From: a virus
Reading direction: 5' to 3' (one strand)
Virus record (IMG/VR): IMGVR_UViG_3300044568_002423
Length of the DNA stretch: 64,000 nt
Shown: in pieces, positions 19,449 to 29,419 of the stretch
Layout of the letters: each line of letters begins with the position of its first letter
Numbering within the stretch: the stretch's first letter is position 1
Translations under genes and position numbers: made by a program
The notes under the pieces: model-generated
Told to the model about the DNA's origin: nothing
Database searches by the model: none
The model's input: the letters and a program-made list of their open reading frames with translations, nothing else

Positions 19449-20080
19449 ATCATCCATTTGAAAACTATCTCATTTGTAGAAATAATTATTTACCTGACCC
19501 GGATGCTGTGGCGGAATTGGCAGAAGGATTATATTATCAACGAGCAACTTGCTATCCTGGCAGACGTACTGATAATCTACTAACCAGCAGTAATCCAAAA
19601 ATTAAGGAGTTTGCTGAGTGGTTTGCTGACAGATTAGGATTTGATATCTTTCCAGGAATTAGTCTATACAATACCTTCTTGTGCTTCCATATAAATGAAC
19701 CACATGAAAATGAAGAATTTAATGTAGGGTGGATTCATAATGATTATGGAAATCTAGCAGGGTTGATATATTTGACAGCAGAGGAAGATAACTTTGATTC
19801 TGGAACTTCTATATTTACTGGATATGGTGAAGAACATCCAACCGATGCCGAAGCGAGAAAAACATTTCATTACACCAACGAATTGACAGAAGCATATATT
19901 ACTGGATTTAGAAGAAATCGATCTATGTTTCAAGAAACCATAAAGGTAGGAAATCAATATAACAGATTAGTCGCATATGATTCAAAGATGTACCATAGAC
20001 CAAATAGCTTTTCAACGGCTACAAAAAACCCACGATTATCATTGTTATTTTTTGTATCTGAATTTACATATAATAATTAG
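19445..20080 (+). CDS. 2OG-Fe(II) oxygenase-fold protein (DUF6445-like)
   Basis: NYLPDPD...YPGRRT...WIHND...AGLIYL...SGT...YNRLVAYD...YH...RL; TTG start overlapping the upstream stop. Confidence 0.75.
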   Translation: MNHPFENYLICRNNYLPDPDAVAELAEGLYYQRATCYPGRRTDNLLTSSNPKIKEFAEWFADRLGFDIFPGISLYNTFLCFHINEPHENEEFNVGWIHNDYGNLAGLIYLTAEEDNFDSGTSIFTGYGEEHPTDAEARKTFHYTNELTEAYITGFRRNRSMFQETIKVGNQYNRLVAYDSKMYHRPNSFSTATKNPRLSLLFFVSEFTYNN

Positions 20081-20088
20081 GACAATAC

Positions 20089-21552
20089 ATGGATAATATA
20101 AAGAAGATTTCAGTAATTGGTGGCGGAACTGCTGGATTAGTCAGTGCGTTAATTTTAAAAACTCGTTTCCCCAATATAGAAGTTGATATAATTAGATCTA
20201 AAAAAATAGGAATAGTTGGCGTCGGCGAAGGAAGTACTGAACATTGGAATGAATTTATGCAATATATCGGCGTATCATTTCAAACTGTTATGCGATATTG
20301 TGATGCCACCTTTAAATCAGGAATTATGTTTAAAGGATGGGCAGATGAAGATTACCTCCATAGTATTGGACCAGAGGGCGATATAAAAAATGGTCAATAT
20401 CAATCCGTATATGGAAAACTTATTTCAGAATTCGCTCCTAACAGGGCATTTAATCCAAGTCTAACATGGGATAATCGAGTATTTGCTGATAGATTAGCAC
20501 CAGATGCTAGTTCTCCATATAATCAATACCATTTTAATACCCACAAGCTCAATGATTTTCTCGTACTAGTATGCAATAATAGAAATATAGCCATAATAGA
20601 TGATGAGATTAATGACGTGGTGATTGGCGAGAATGGTAATATCTCACACGTCGTTGGAGAGAACGCAGTATATACATCTGATTTTTATATCGATAGCACT
20701 GGTTTTAATAAACTGTTGATTTCTAAATTAGGAGCAAAATGGAATTCCTATAAGGAATATCTCAAAATGAAATCCGTAATCGTATTCCCATTGGGAGATA
20801 CCAATGAGTATAACATGTGGACCACTGCAAAAGCCATGGATTATGGATGGATGTTTAACATTCCAGTATGGGGAAGAAGTGGTAATGGATACATTTTCGA
20901 TAGTGATTACATTTCTGCCGATCAAGCAAAAATGGAAGTTGAGAAATTATTAGGAGATGAAATTGAAGTTGGTAAACATATAAATTTTGACCCAGGCTCG
21001 ATAGATAAATGCTGGATTAAAAATTGCTGCGCTATTGGATTGAGTGCTAGTTTCGTAGAACCATTAGAGGCAACCTCAATTGGATCTAGTATTCAACAAG
21101 CCTTTTTGCTAATGCATAGATTGCCTAATTATGATGAAAAAACTATAGAGCGATACAACAAAAATGTCGATGATATTTTTATCAATATTAGAGATTTCGT
21201 AGCGTTACATTACGTTACAAAAAAAGACAATACGGAATTTTGGAAAGATGTCTCACATATAAAATTGCCAGATTTTTTAACAGAAAATTTACCGAGATGG
21301 AAGAAAAATTTACCAATCAGGGATGATTTTAGTAGTATGACTGACTATGCGTTGTTTAATGAAAGCCATTATTTACAGATATTACATGGACTTCGACTGT
21401 TCGATCCAGTAAAAATCAAACAAGAATATGATATGATGCATCCGGAAATTAAGAAAATGGCAGAGAAATTTATTAGAGAAGCTAGAACATTTGAAAAAAT
21501 AAACAACAGCGTTGGGCATAAAGAATTTATATCCCACATACGTAGTCAATAG
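20089..21552 (+). CDS. Flavin-dependent tryptophan-halogenase-family protein (5 of 7)
   Basis: GGGTAG, GVGEGST, ATFKSGI, WMFNIP, FVEPLEATSIG. Confidence 0.9.
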   Translation: MDNIKKISVIGGGTAGLVSALILKTRFPNIEVDIIRSKKIGIVGVGEGSTEHWNEFMQYIGVSFQTVMRYCDATFKSGIMFKGWADEDYLHSIGPEGDIKNGQYQSVYGKLISEFAPNRAFNPSLTWDNRVFADRLAPDASSPYNQYHFNTHKLNDFLVLVCNNRNIAIIDDEINDVVIGENGNISHVVGENAVYTSDFYIDSTGFNKLLISKLGAKWNSYKEYLKMKSVIVFPLGDTNEYNMWTTAKAMDYGWMFNIPVWGRSGNGYIFDSDYISADQAKMEVEKLLGDEIEVGKHINFDPGSIDKCWIKNCCAIGLSASFVEPLEATSIGSSIQQAFLLMHRLPNYDEKTIERYNKNVDDIFINIRDFVALHYVTKKDNTEFWKDVSHIKLPDFLTENLPRWKKNLPIRDDFSSMTDYALFNESHYLQILHGLRLFDPVKIKQEYDMMHPEIKKMAEKFIREARTFEKINNSVGHKEFISHIRSQ

Positions 21553-21553
21553 G

Positions 21554-22135
21554 CTATTTAAAATTTAGCGCGATGGAAATCCTCGGCGTTTCATTAGTAC
21601 CAATTTCTACTAAATGTCTGAGGTATGACCTGAATATAATCAACATCCCTTGAGTGGGAGCATAGGATATTCTAGTATAACTTAATTGATTTTTATCCTG
21701 TACAGATTTTAATGGCATCATATCTGGTTCTTTTGGATCTTCAAAAACAATACGACCAGAACCTTCCGGAGCTGCTATATAATACACCGCACTAAATATA
21801 CTACCATTATGGGTATGAAATTCTTGAAAGTTACCCGCATCAGAAATATTCAACCAGGCATAGTTACTGTCATAGTTAGCATTACAATTATGCATTTTTG
21901 CAAAATCATTTACATGACTGGTTATTAAAGAAATTAATGGTGAAAATATTGAATCCTTGCTTACATTATGTGTTCCATGAGTATTGTAAGTACCACCCAT
22001 CCATTCATCACCACCACTCAAGTTGGTATTTTTAATTTCAAGTGAATGATCTGCCAACTTATCATTTTCCTCTGGGGATAATAGGTTTTCTTTTTTATAA
22101 ATCACCACTGGGAACCACATTTCAACATTAAGCAT
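21554..22135 (-). CDS. Putative 2OG-Fe(II) oxygenase, TIGR02466-like (start revised to 22135)
   Basis: WFP...EFHTH...SAVYY...F.DP...FRSYLRHLV...RISIALN; the revised ATG overlaps the upstream gene's end. Confidence 0.8.
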   Translation of the reverse strand: MLNVEMWFPVVIYKKENLLSPEENDKLADHSLEIKNTNLSGGDEWMGGTYNTHGTHNVSKDSIFSPLISLITSHVNDFAKMHNCNANYDSNYAWLNISDAGNFQEFHTHNGSIFSAVYYIAAPEGSGRIVFEDPKEPDMMPLKSVQDKNQLSYTRISYAPTQGMLIIFRSYLRHLVEIGTNETPRISIALNFK

Positions 22136-22736
22136 CAGTATCGCCCCATATGTTAAAAGAAATAGCAATCCTATTTTCAGTTGATTTGTTAATTTCCACA
22201 GAATGTTGTAGCCATGATTCAAACATAATCATTTCCGCTTTGACGGGGGTATATTCAACGTAATTAAAGTTATAATCATTTTGCTCAACCTTAATCCTAT
22301 CAAAAAACACATTAGTCGCTCGTCTAGCCTCTAATGGATTATAGAATATTATCTTACCACTCTCTGGGGGGACTTGTAAATATATCACTCCACTAATTAA
22401 TGCGCCATAATGATCATGTCTGTTAAAATGAGCACCGGGTGGATATAATTGCAACCATGAAGTTATTTCTATAAATGCTTTCGGGTCAAATCCCAATAGG
22501 CGAAAAAACTCTCTGCTCTTGTGATTTATTACGTTCAGTAATGCTCTATCATTTAGTCCACCTATGAAGTCCTTATTTTTATAGAAGGTGGTTAGTAATT
22601 CACCCGGTTCAGCTGGGGGATTACAAAAATCAGTTTCGAGAAGATAATTATTTACTAACTGTAAGGTGTTTTCTATCAGTACTTCATCAATGCTTGTTCT
22701 AATTATAGGAATTGAAAACGCATGATCTACTCTCAT
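22128..22736 (-). CDS. Putative 2OG-Fe(II) oxygenase, TIGR02466-like
   Basis: NRHDH...SGVIYL...FESWLQHSV...RIAISFN. Confidence 0.8.
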   Translation of the reverse strand: MRVDHAFSIPIIRTSIDEVLIENTLQLVNNYLLETDFCNPPAEPGELLTTFYKNKDFIGGLNDRALLNVINHKSREFFRLLGFDPKAFIEITSWLQLYPPGAHFNRHDHYGALISGVIYLQVPPESGKIIFYNPLEARRATNVFFDRIKVEQNDYNFNYVEYTPVKAEMIMFESWLQHSVEINKSTENRIAISFNIWGDTDA

Positions 22737-23329
22737 AATGGTCCCAAATTGATATTTAATATTACCCTACGGTTGCTTTCTATTGGATTGCTAGCAGTAT
22801 GGTATTGTAACCCATCAATCCATAATAATCGATTTGCAACTGGCGCGACTTGATCGCGAATAGTAAAAGTGTCATATCCAAAACCGGTGTTGCTACCTGT
22901 CATATTATATTTTTGATCAAAAATTCTAGTATCCCCGTCTGAATTGTTAAGATAAAAAATCAACGTATCATGCGGGACATAATAATCTACATGTGGTAAA
23001 TTATAGTTATCCTTGGTATATCCAACTTTAGGAGTTTTCATACTCAACCTGGCTCTAATTATAGATTGCTCTCTTATGCCAAAATTATCTTCTAACATTT
23101 TGAAAAAACTGTAAAAATACTCATACGTAAAACTTTTAACATCCCATTCTCTCTCATATATCGAGTGGTAAAATCCAGAAGTTTCCATCGACATTGGATC
23201 TTTGATATTATTGTCCTCCGGTGCCAACGAGGCATGCTCGATGTAAAACCATGGAAATTTTTCTGATAGAATGATTTTCTGTAAGTCGGCAAAGTTTCTT
23301 TCTGGTAAAAAATTATCTATTATCTTCAT
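22733..23329 (-). CDS. 2OG-Fe(II) oxygenase-fold protein (start revised to 23329); paralogue of 18795..19448
   Basis: MKIIDNFL...FPWFY...LPHVD...FYLNNSDGDT...QYHTASNP...RRVILNIN; the longer ORF would overlap the divergent halogenase. Confidence 0.8.
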   Translation of the reverse strand: MKIIDNFLPERNFADLQKIILSEKFPWFYIEHASLAPEDNNIKDPMSMETSGFYHSIYEREWDVKSFTYEYFYSFFKMLEDNFGIREQSIIRARLSMKTPKVGYTKDNYNLPHVDYYVPHDTLIFYLNNSDGDTRIFDQKYNMTGSNTGFGYDTFTIRDQVAPVANRLLWIDGLQYHTASNPIESNRRVILNINLGPL

Positions 23330-23336
23330 ATGTGAA

Positions 23337-23378
23337 TATTTATAAAATAACAATACCGGTATGAAAAAAACATAAGTA
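23337..23378. promoter_or_regulatory. Divergent late-type promoters (TATAAATA on - at 23337-23344; CATAAGTA on + at 23371-23378)
   Basis: Exact T4 late consensus on the minus strand, variant on plus, within a 69-bp divergent gap. Confidence 0.6.
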
Positions 23379-23398
23379 TTAATTATAAGAGGACATTC

Positions 23399-24865
23399 AT
23401 GAAAGTATCTAGTATAACTATAGTCGGCGGCGGCACTAGCGCATGGTTGACTGCTGCATATTTGTATAAAAATCATTCAAACATTAAAATAACTATCATC
23501 GATAAAGAAGTGGGAAATGCGATAGGGGTTGGCGAAGCAACTATTTTGAGTTTTAAACCATTTATGGAAGAATGCGGTTTTCCCATCGAGGAATGGATAG
23601 TACCATTAGATGCTGGATATAAATCGGGAATAATGTTTACAAACTGGCGGGAATCGGGTGATGATATCTGGCATCCATTCTTTAAAGGAAATAGGAAATT
23701 AGCTAATGGAAAATATGTATGGGATGTATGGTCTAACACAACACATCTAGATTACAAAAAATACGCACTAGCAAGTTATGAAGCGTCAGCTATTCATAAT
23801 TCGATTGACACATTTAATATTGATAGTTATGCCTCCCATATAGACTGTGGAAAATTAGTGCTATTCATTCAATCCAAACTTATTGATAAAATATCAATAA
23901 TTAAATCAGACGTTCAACAGATAGTAGATAAGGAAGACGGGGATATTGACCATTTAGTACTAAAAAATGCAGTTACTATTAGGAGTGATTTGTACATCGA
24001 TTGTACTGGATTTAATCAAATATTAAGAACACCGCAAAGGAGAATAGATTTATCCGACAGATTATTTGTCAATACCGCAGTAGTTTCGCAGGTCCAATAT
24101 GAGAATAGAGTTGATGAATTTAAACCATATGCTATTTGTGATGCGGTAGATCATGGGTGGGTTTGGAAAATAGGAGTGTCATCCCGTATAGGAAGTGGAA
24201 TGGTGTTTAATAGAAATATTACGGACATAGACGAAGCCAAAAATTATTTTGTCAAGTATTGGGATGGCAGAGTGGTAAAAGAAAATACTAGAGTTATTAA
24301 TTGGGACCCGTTCTATAATGAAGATCAATGGGTAGGCAATGTAGTAAGTATCGGGCTAAGTGCTGGGTTTATAGAACCATTGGAAAGCACCGGAGTTGGT
24401 ATAATAACAGCAGGAATAACACAATTATCTAATGCCCTACAGGAAAGATTTTATCTCAAAGATGATGTTTCATATTTCAATCTACGTATGAAATTATTAT
24501 TTGAAGATTGTGTTGATTTTGTTAGCATGCATTACGCAAACAATAATAGGACTAGCAAGTTTTGGGATATGGTACGCGCGACGTTTAAACCATCGGACAG
24601 AATGATACATCATATAAATGAATTAACAGATCCATCAATTAGCATTTCAGATAATGGCAAATATAATTACATGTTTGGCAATGGTAATTGGCGTGTGCTG
24701 CTTCAACAATTAGGATTTAATGCTGCTATTCGAAATGATATGCCAGAAGAAATTGCAAATGAGTTATTGGTTAAAAATTATATTGAATTTGAAAAAAATA
24801 AGCATATTTGGTCTAGGCATCATAGTAGAGAAATAGATAGAATTACTGAGTTGAATAAATTATGA
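23399..24865 (+). CDS. Flavin-dependent tryptophan-halogenase-family protein (6 of 7)
   Basis: GGGTSAW, GVGEAT, AGYKSGI, WVWKIG, FIEPLESTG. Confidence 0.88.
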   Translation: MKVSSITIVGGGTSAWLTAAYLYKNHSNIKITIIDKEVGNAIGVGEATILSFKPFMEECGFPIEEWIVPLDAGYKSGIMFTNWRESGDDIWHPFFKGNRKLANGKYVWDVWSNTTHLDYKKYALASYEASAIHNSIDTFNIDSYASHIDCGKLVLFIQSKLIDKISIIKSDVQQIVDKEDGDIDHLVLKNAVTIRSDLYIDCTGFNQILRTPQRRIDLSDRLFVNTAVVSQVQYENRVDEFKPYAICDAVDHGWVWKIGVSSRIGSGMVFNRNITDIDEAKNYFVKYWDGRVVKENTRVINWDPFYNEDQWVGNVVSIGLSAGFIEPLESTGVGIITAGITQLSNALQERFYLKDDVSYFNLRMKLLFEDCVDFVSMHYANNNRTSKFWDMVRATFKPSDRMIHHINELTDPSISISDNGKYNYMFGNGNWRVLLQQLGFNAAIRNDMPEEIANELLVKNYIEFEKNKHIWSRHHSREIDRITELNKL

Positions 24866-25596
24866 AGGTAGTAAATTGGTCATTTCTTACTAGTCATGAA
24901 TGGGATATAGATCATACCCCATGTGTTAAAACATTAATGAATGATTATTATCCATTTGGTTATTTACCAAAAGAAGTTATATCGATACGACAAGATGCCG
25001 TGTTTTTAAAGTGTCCAAGTCATACTGACTTTTTAAAAAACACATATATCTTACAGGCACCTTTTGATTTAACTATCGAGATTGACATAAATGAACGTAG
25101 TCATTATAAAGTAGTCTGTGAAAATATCAGTCAGGAGGTATTTGAACATCTAATAGACATACGATTTTTAGATGATTACAATTCTGAAACTAATATCTTT
25201 CCAGTGATTGGAATTGATTGGTTGACAATATTGACATGTGACGAATCGATGTTATTACAAGTAATGCCAGCATTTATGCACCGTAATGATTTTACAGAAA
25301 AGACAACTCTAATCCCTGGAGAATTTGATATAAGCAAATGGACACGACCAGTTGAGATTGTCTTTGAAATAAAAAGCAACAAAGAAAAAATTGTAATAAA
25401 AAAAGGTGATGCCATCGCATACTTTAAGTTTCACAGTAATGAATCCATAAAATTAGTAGAACAACCAACTCCATGGGAAGAAATTAAACTATGTAATTCA
25501 ATTCGTCAACAAAATAAATTTAGACCGTTGAAAGAACGCTATGCTTCATTGGAAAATGAACGAATTAAAAGGTGCCCCTATGAGCAAAAAAATTGA
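24862..25596 (+). CDS. Hypothetical protein, possibly DUF6065/dUTPase-like beta fold
   Basis: KCP...Y.L.APFD...IPG.FD..KW.RP...IKKGDAIAYF pattern; embedded between two halogenases. Confidence 0.45.
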   Translation: MKVVNWSFLTSHEWDIDHTPCVKTLMNDYYPFGYLPKEVISIRQDAVFLKCPSHTDFLKNTYILQAPFDLTIEIDINERSHYKVVCENISQEVFEHLIDIRFLDDYNSETNIFPVIGIDWLTILTCDESMLLQVMPAFMHRNDFTEKTTLIPGEFDISKWTRPVEIVFEIKSNKEKIVIKKGDAIAYFKFHSNESIKLVEQPTPWEEIKLCNSIRQQNKFRPLKERYASLENERIKRCPYEQKN

Positions 25597-27145
25597 TGAG
25601 ATAGTTATAGTAGGTGGCGGAAGTTCTGGATGGATAACTGCTGCCTCATTAATTACGCAATTAACAGGTAAAAAAATTACCGTAATAGAAAGTCCAAATA
25701 TTTCAACAGTTGGAGTAGGGGAGAGCACAGTTGGTGGGATCAGGGCATGGTTGAGAATGGTTGGTATTAGTGATAAGGACTTTATGGTTGCCACCGATGC
25801 CAGTTATAAACTAGCAATTAAGTTTACTAATTTCTACACGAAGGACAGTGGATCTTGGTATTATCCATTTGGAACAGCTTGTTTGAAAGATACCATGCAT
25901 GGACAAGATGATTGGTTTATCAAAAAGGCAATATATCCAAATACTAAATCGGTCGATTATGTCAATTCATATTATCCACAGATGGCACTAGTCAATGAAA
26001 ATAAAATGATGGTTAATGATGGATTGCTTGGCAATTTTGACTTCTATAACGATACGGCCTTTCACTTTGATGCTACCAAATTTGGAGCATGGCTGAGAGA
26101 TAATCATTGTATACCACGCGGAGTCAACCATATAGTAGATGAAGTAGTTGATATTACTAAAAATTTAGATGGCATAGATGAATTAATTCTACATTCAGGT
26201 AAAAGAGTGTCGGCAGATTTATTCGTAGATTGTACTGGATTTAACTCATTACTACTTGGTAGGACATTAAAAGTACCATTTAATAGTTTTGAACATATAC
26301 TACCTAATAATAGAGCATGGGCTACTCATATACCATATACCAATAAAGAAAAACAATTAAATTCAGTGACTGAATGTACAGCATTAGATAATGGTTGGGT
26401 TTGGAACATACCATTATGGAGCCATATTGGAACTGGATATGTATACAGTGATAAACATATATCACCAGAAAAAGCCAAGATGGATTTTATTACCCATTTA
26501 CAATCAAACGGATTTGATACCAGTTCCTGTATATTCAAGGATATACCGATGAAGATAGGAATGTATGAAAAATTATGGGTCAAGAATGTTGTAGCGATAG
26601 GATTAAGTGCTGCTTTTGTAGAACCGTTAGAGAGTTCAGGATTATTAACCACACATGATTTTGCTAGAACATTATGTAATATATTGCTAAGAGGACGAGT
26701 TAGTCAATGGGATCGTGATGAATTTAATTTAAAATGCGAGGATGAATTTAACTATTGGGCACAATTTGTATCAATGCATTATGCGTTAAGTCACCGTGAT
26801 GATTCTAAATATTGGAAAGATATAAGTGAGAAATCATATGTGGGATTAGTCAACACTGTCAATAAATTACAAACGCAAAGCTTATATCATCAAACCTTGT
26901 ATCAGAAAAATTTTGTAAAATATTTCCAAGATGACCCAGGTATAAATTGTTTAGCGGCAGGAATGAATTGGAATGCGAATGATATAACTACCCTTAATAA
27001 TATTTTTGCGGTAGGGACAGATCTCAAACATGAATTTTCAATTGTTATTGATAACTTATCTAAAAGAACCCAGAATTGGAAAAGGGCAGTAGAAACTGCC
27101 CCTTCATTGTATCAATATCTTAAAAATAAATTTTATATAAATTAA
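25580..27145 (+). CDS. Flavin-dependent tryptophan-halogenase-family protein (7 of 7; start revised to 25580)
   Basis: GGGSSGW, GVGEST, ASYKLAIKF, FHFDA, WVWNIP, FVEPLESSG. Confidence 0.92.
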   Translation: MSKKIDEIVIVGGGSSGWITAASLITQLTGKKITVIESPNISTVGVGESTVGGIRAWLRMVGISDKDFMVATDASYKLAIKFTNFYTKDSGSWYYPFGTACLKDTMHGQDDWFIKKAIYPNTKSVDYVNSYYPQMALVNENKMMVNDGLLGNFDFYNDTAFHFDATKFGAWLRDNHCIPRGVNHIVDEVVDITKNLDGIDELILHSGKRVSADLFVDCTGFNSLLLGRTLKVPFNSFEHILPNNRAWATHIPYTNKEKQLNSVTECTALDNGWVWNIPLWSHIGTGYVYSDKHISPEKAKMDFITHLQSNGFDTSSCIFKDIPMKIGMYEKLWVKNVVAIGLSAAFVEPLESSGLLTTHDFARTLCNILLRGRVSQWDRDEFNLKCEDEFNYWAQFVSMHYALSHRDDSKYWKDISEKSYVGLVNTVNKLQTQSLYHQTLYQKNFVKYFQDDPGINCLAAGMNWNANDITTLNNIFAVGTDLKHEFSIVIDNLSKRTQNWKRAVETAPSLYQYLKNKFYIN

Positions 27146-28257
27146 TATTTGATAATAACGACACCAGAACCACCATCGGCGCCGTGTTGTCCGCCGCCAG
27201 CACCACCGCCGGTATTTGCACCACCGTGTCCGCCACGAGCAGTTGGTTGGCCATCTTGCCCCGTTATAAGTGCCTGTCCACCACCAGACCCTAATTTAAC
27301 AGTTGCTCCATACGGTCCTCCGTGGTGGTGTCCTCCTCCTCCTCCGCCACCGATTCCCCCATCGGAAAATCCCCAGCCTAAATGTCCACCACCAGCGCCA
27401 CCGCCACCAAAGTATAACGTGCTTCCAAGAATATCACTCGCCCTTCCAGAACCACCATTAATCATATTACTTCTAAAACTTCCACGATAATTTTGCCTAC
27501 CATCCGGTGCACTACCACCCTGACCGCCAGCGCCACCGCCAGCCCCACCTTGATGAGTATTTTCAGTATCAATATTGAATCTAACACCAGAACCACCTGG
27601 ATAGCCCTGCCCAGTAGTTCCATATCCACCATAACATCTAGTTCTAGGATCAATTCCATCTCCGGTATTCGCACCGCCACCGCCACTTCCACCATTACGA
27701 CCAGAAGTTATACCATTATCACGAAATCCAGGACTGGTATGTGTCCATGAACCACCGCCACCACCGCCTGTTGCAGTAATGGATGAAAACACACTATTTC
27801 CACCACTTGGTCCAGCAACTGCGGGAGCTCTACCAGTGCCACCAGCGCCAACGGTAACTGGGTACGGTGTTCCAGCAGTTACTGGAAAGCTACGATTCAT
27901 AAGAACTCCACCGCCACCACCGCCGCCTGCCCAGTCATATCCACTAGAACCACCGCCGGCTACCACTAATACCTGTATATTACCAGTAAATGTTGGAGTG
28001 AATGTTGCTGCACCAACTGTAGTAAAAGTATGAATTATATTTGAACGATTGTAGGAAATAGTACCACCAGTTCCTACTACTCCCTGACTATATCCAGTTA
28101 CAGGACGCCAAAATCCACCATCATTAAATTCTAAAGTATTCTGTCCATTTGTAGTATTGTATCGTATTTTAGCAGTGCCAGTAACTGTACTAGTTGTGTT
28201 GGTTGGCATTGCTAATGCGGCGGTTGAATTTATTATAGTATTTTTTAAACTTGCCAT
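27142..28257 (-). CDS. Glycine-rich (polyglycine) adhesin-like protein, paralogue C
   Basis: HTFT..G..TF, VLVVAGGG, GGGGGG runs, VTVGAGG, GANTGGGAGGG, GGSGVVIIKY; gp38-like Gly-rich domain architecture. Confidence 0.75.
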   Translation of the reverse strand: MASLKNTIINSTAALAMPTNTTSTVTGTAKIRYNTTNGQNTLEFNDGGFWRPVTGYSQGVVGTGGTISYNRSNIIHTFTTVGAATFTPTFTGNIQVLVVAGGGSSGYDWAGGGGGGGVLMNRSFPVTAGTPYPVTVGAGGTGRAPAVAGPSGGNSVFSSITATGGGGGGSWTHTSPGFRDNGITSGRNGGSGGGGANTGDGIDPRTRCYGGYGTTGQGYPGGSGVRFNIDTENTHQGGAGGGAGGQGGSAPDGRQNYRGSFRSNMINGGSGRASDILGSTLYFGGGGAGGGHLGWGFSDGGIGGGGGGGHHHGGPYGATVKLGSGGGQALITGQDGQPTARGGHGGANTGGGAGGGQHGADGGSGVVIIKY

Positions 28258-28270
28258 TTATTTTCTCTTA

Positions 28271-29410
28271 TTAATATCTTACAATAACTATACCGGAACC
28301 GCCTGTGCCAGCCGTCCCATACGCTCCGCCGCCACCAGAACCTGTATTGACACCGCCATTACCACCAGTATTAGGATTCGTGCCAGGCGTACCAGCTCCA
28401 CCAGTGTTCAATGATTGTCCACCACCTAACCCATTGCCATGAGATGTAGTTGGCTGTCTTGGACCACCGTGTGATTGCGTACTACCGCCACCGCCACCAA
28501 TCCCTCCAGAGTTTGCCACTGTTGTGTTTCCTTGATGTTGAGACCCAGCGCCGCCGCCTGCCCAATACAGCGTATATCCCAAGATGTCATTTGCCGTACC
28601 TGGCCCACCATTTGACTGTAATCCTTGATGACAATCATCTTCGCCACTAAATCCCGGACCACCAGACCCACCTCCGCCTCCAGATTTATGAGAATCTTCT
28701 GCTTGACGATTAAATCTAATACCAGAACCGCCAGGAAATCCCTGTCCGGTAATTCCTCTACCGCCTAAATTTGTATTTCGGCTATCATTTGGTCCAGTAT
28801 GGCTATTTGATCCAGCGCCTGTACTACCAGTACATCCACCACCACCACTACCACCTGATTTTGCAGCATGTCCATCCCATGAACCAGCACCACCGCCGCC
28901 CGTTGCGGTAATAGAACCAAATACACTATTACTTCCAGGGTTTGAAGTGCCATATGCGGCAACTGCCGCACCGCCAGCGCCAACTGTAACTGGTATATTA
29001 GTACCACTTGTTACTGAATAGGAACGATTAAATGTCATTCCTCCAGCACCACCGCCGCCGCCTAAATGACCGCCACCTGTGCCACCACCGCCTATAACTA
29101 GTACTTCGACAGTACCACTAAATGCGGGAGTAAATGTAAAACTGCCAGCGGTGGTAAACATATGTACAACACCATTTGCTCGGCCAAGATTTGAGGTAGC
29201 ATACAAGATACTATCTCCACCTGTACCAATCGAACCCTTGCTCACTCCGGTAATTGGTCGCCATCCAGAACTGTCATAAAATTCTAATAAATTGTTAGTA
29301 TTGTTAACTCGTATCATCCCGGCAGTTGGGGATGGACGTTGTGATGTATCACCGACCGGCAATGTTAAATAGCCGGTATCATTAATAATTGTATCTCTGA
29401 AAATTGCCAT
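28271..29410 (-). CDS. Glycine-rich (polyglycine) adhesin-like protein, paralogue B
   Basis: N-terminal LPVGDTSQRP...GMIRVN...EFYD...W module plus Gly-rich domain ending GGSGIVIVRY. Confidence 0.75.
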   Translation of the reverse strand: MAIFRDTIINDTGYLTLPVGDTSQRPSPTAGMIRVNNTNNLLEFYDSSGWRPITGVSKGSIGTGGDSILYATSNLGRANGVVHMFTTAGSFTFTPAFSGTVEVLVIGGGGTGGGHLGGGGGAGGMTFNRSYSVTSGTNIPVTVGAGGAAVAAYGTSNPGSNSVFGSITATGGGGAGSWDGHAAKSGGSGGGGCTGSTGAGSNSHTGPNDSRNTNLGGRGITGQGFPGGSGIRFNRQAEDSHKSGGGGGSGGPGFSGEDDCHQGLQSNGGPGTANDILGYTLYWAGGGAGSQHQGNTTVANSGGIGGGGGSTQSHGGPRQPTTSHGNGLGGGQSLNTGGAGTPGTNPNTGGNGGVNTGSGGGGAYGTAGTGGSGIVIVRY

Positions 29411-29419
29411 TTATATTCC

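Noticed and set aside
14474-23329. Fe/2OG-dependent halogenases among the oxygenases
   Set aside because: None shows the HxA/HxG substitution; the motifs are HxD, HxH or HxE.
3696-27145. Bacterial secondary-metabolite cluster or host contamination
   Set aside because: No scaffold-building enzymes or transporters; the genes are interleaved with phage fibre genes and share phage promoter motifs.
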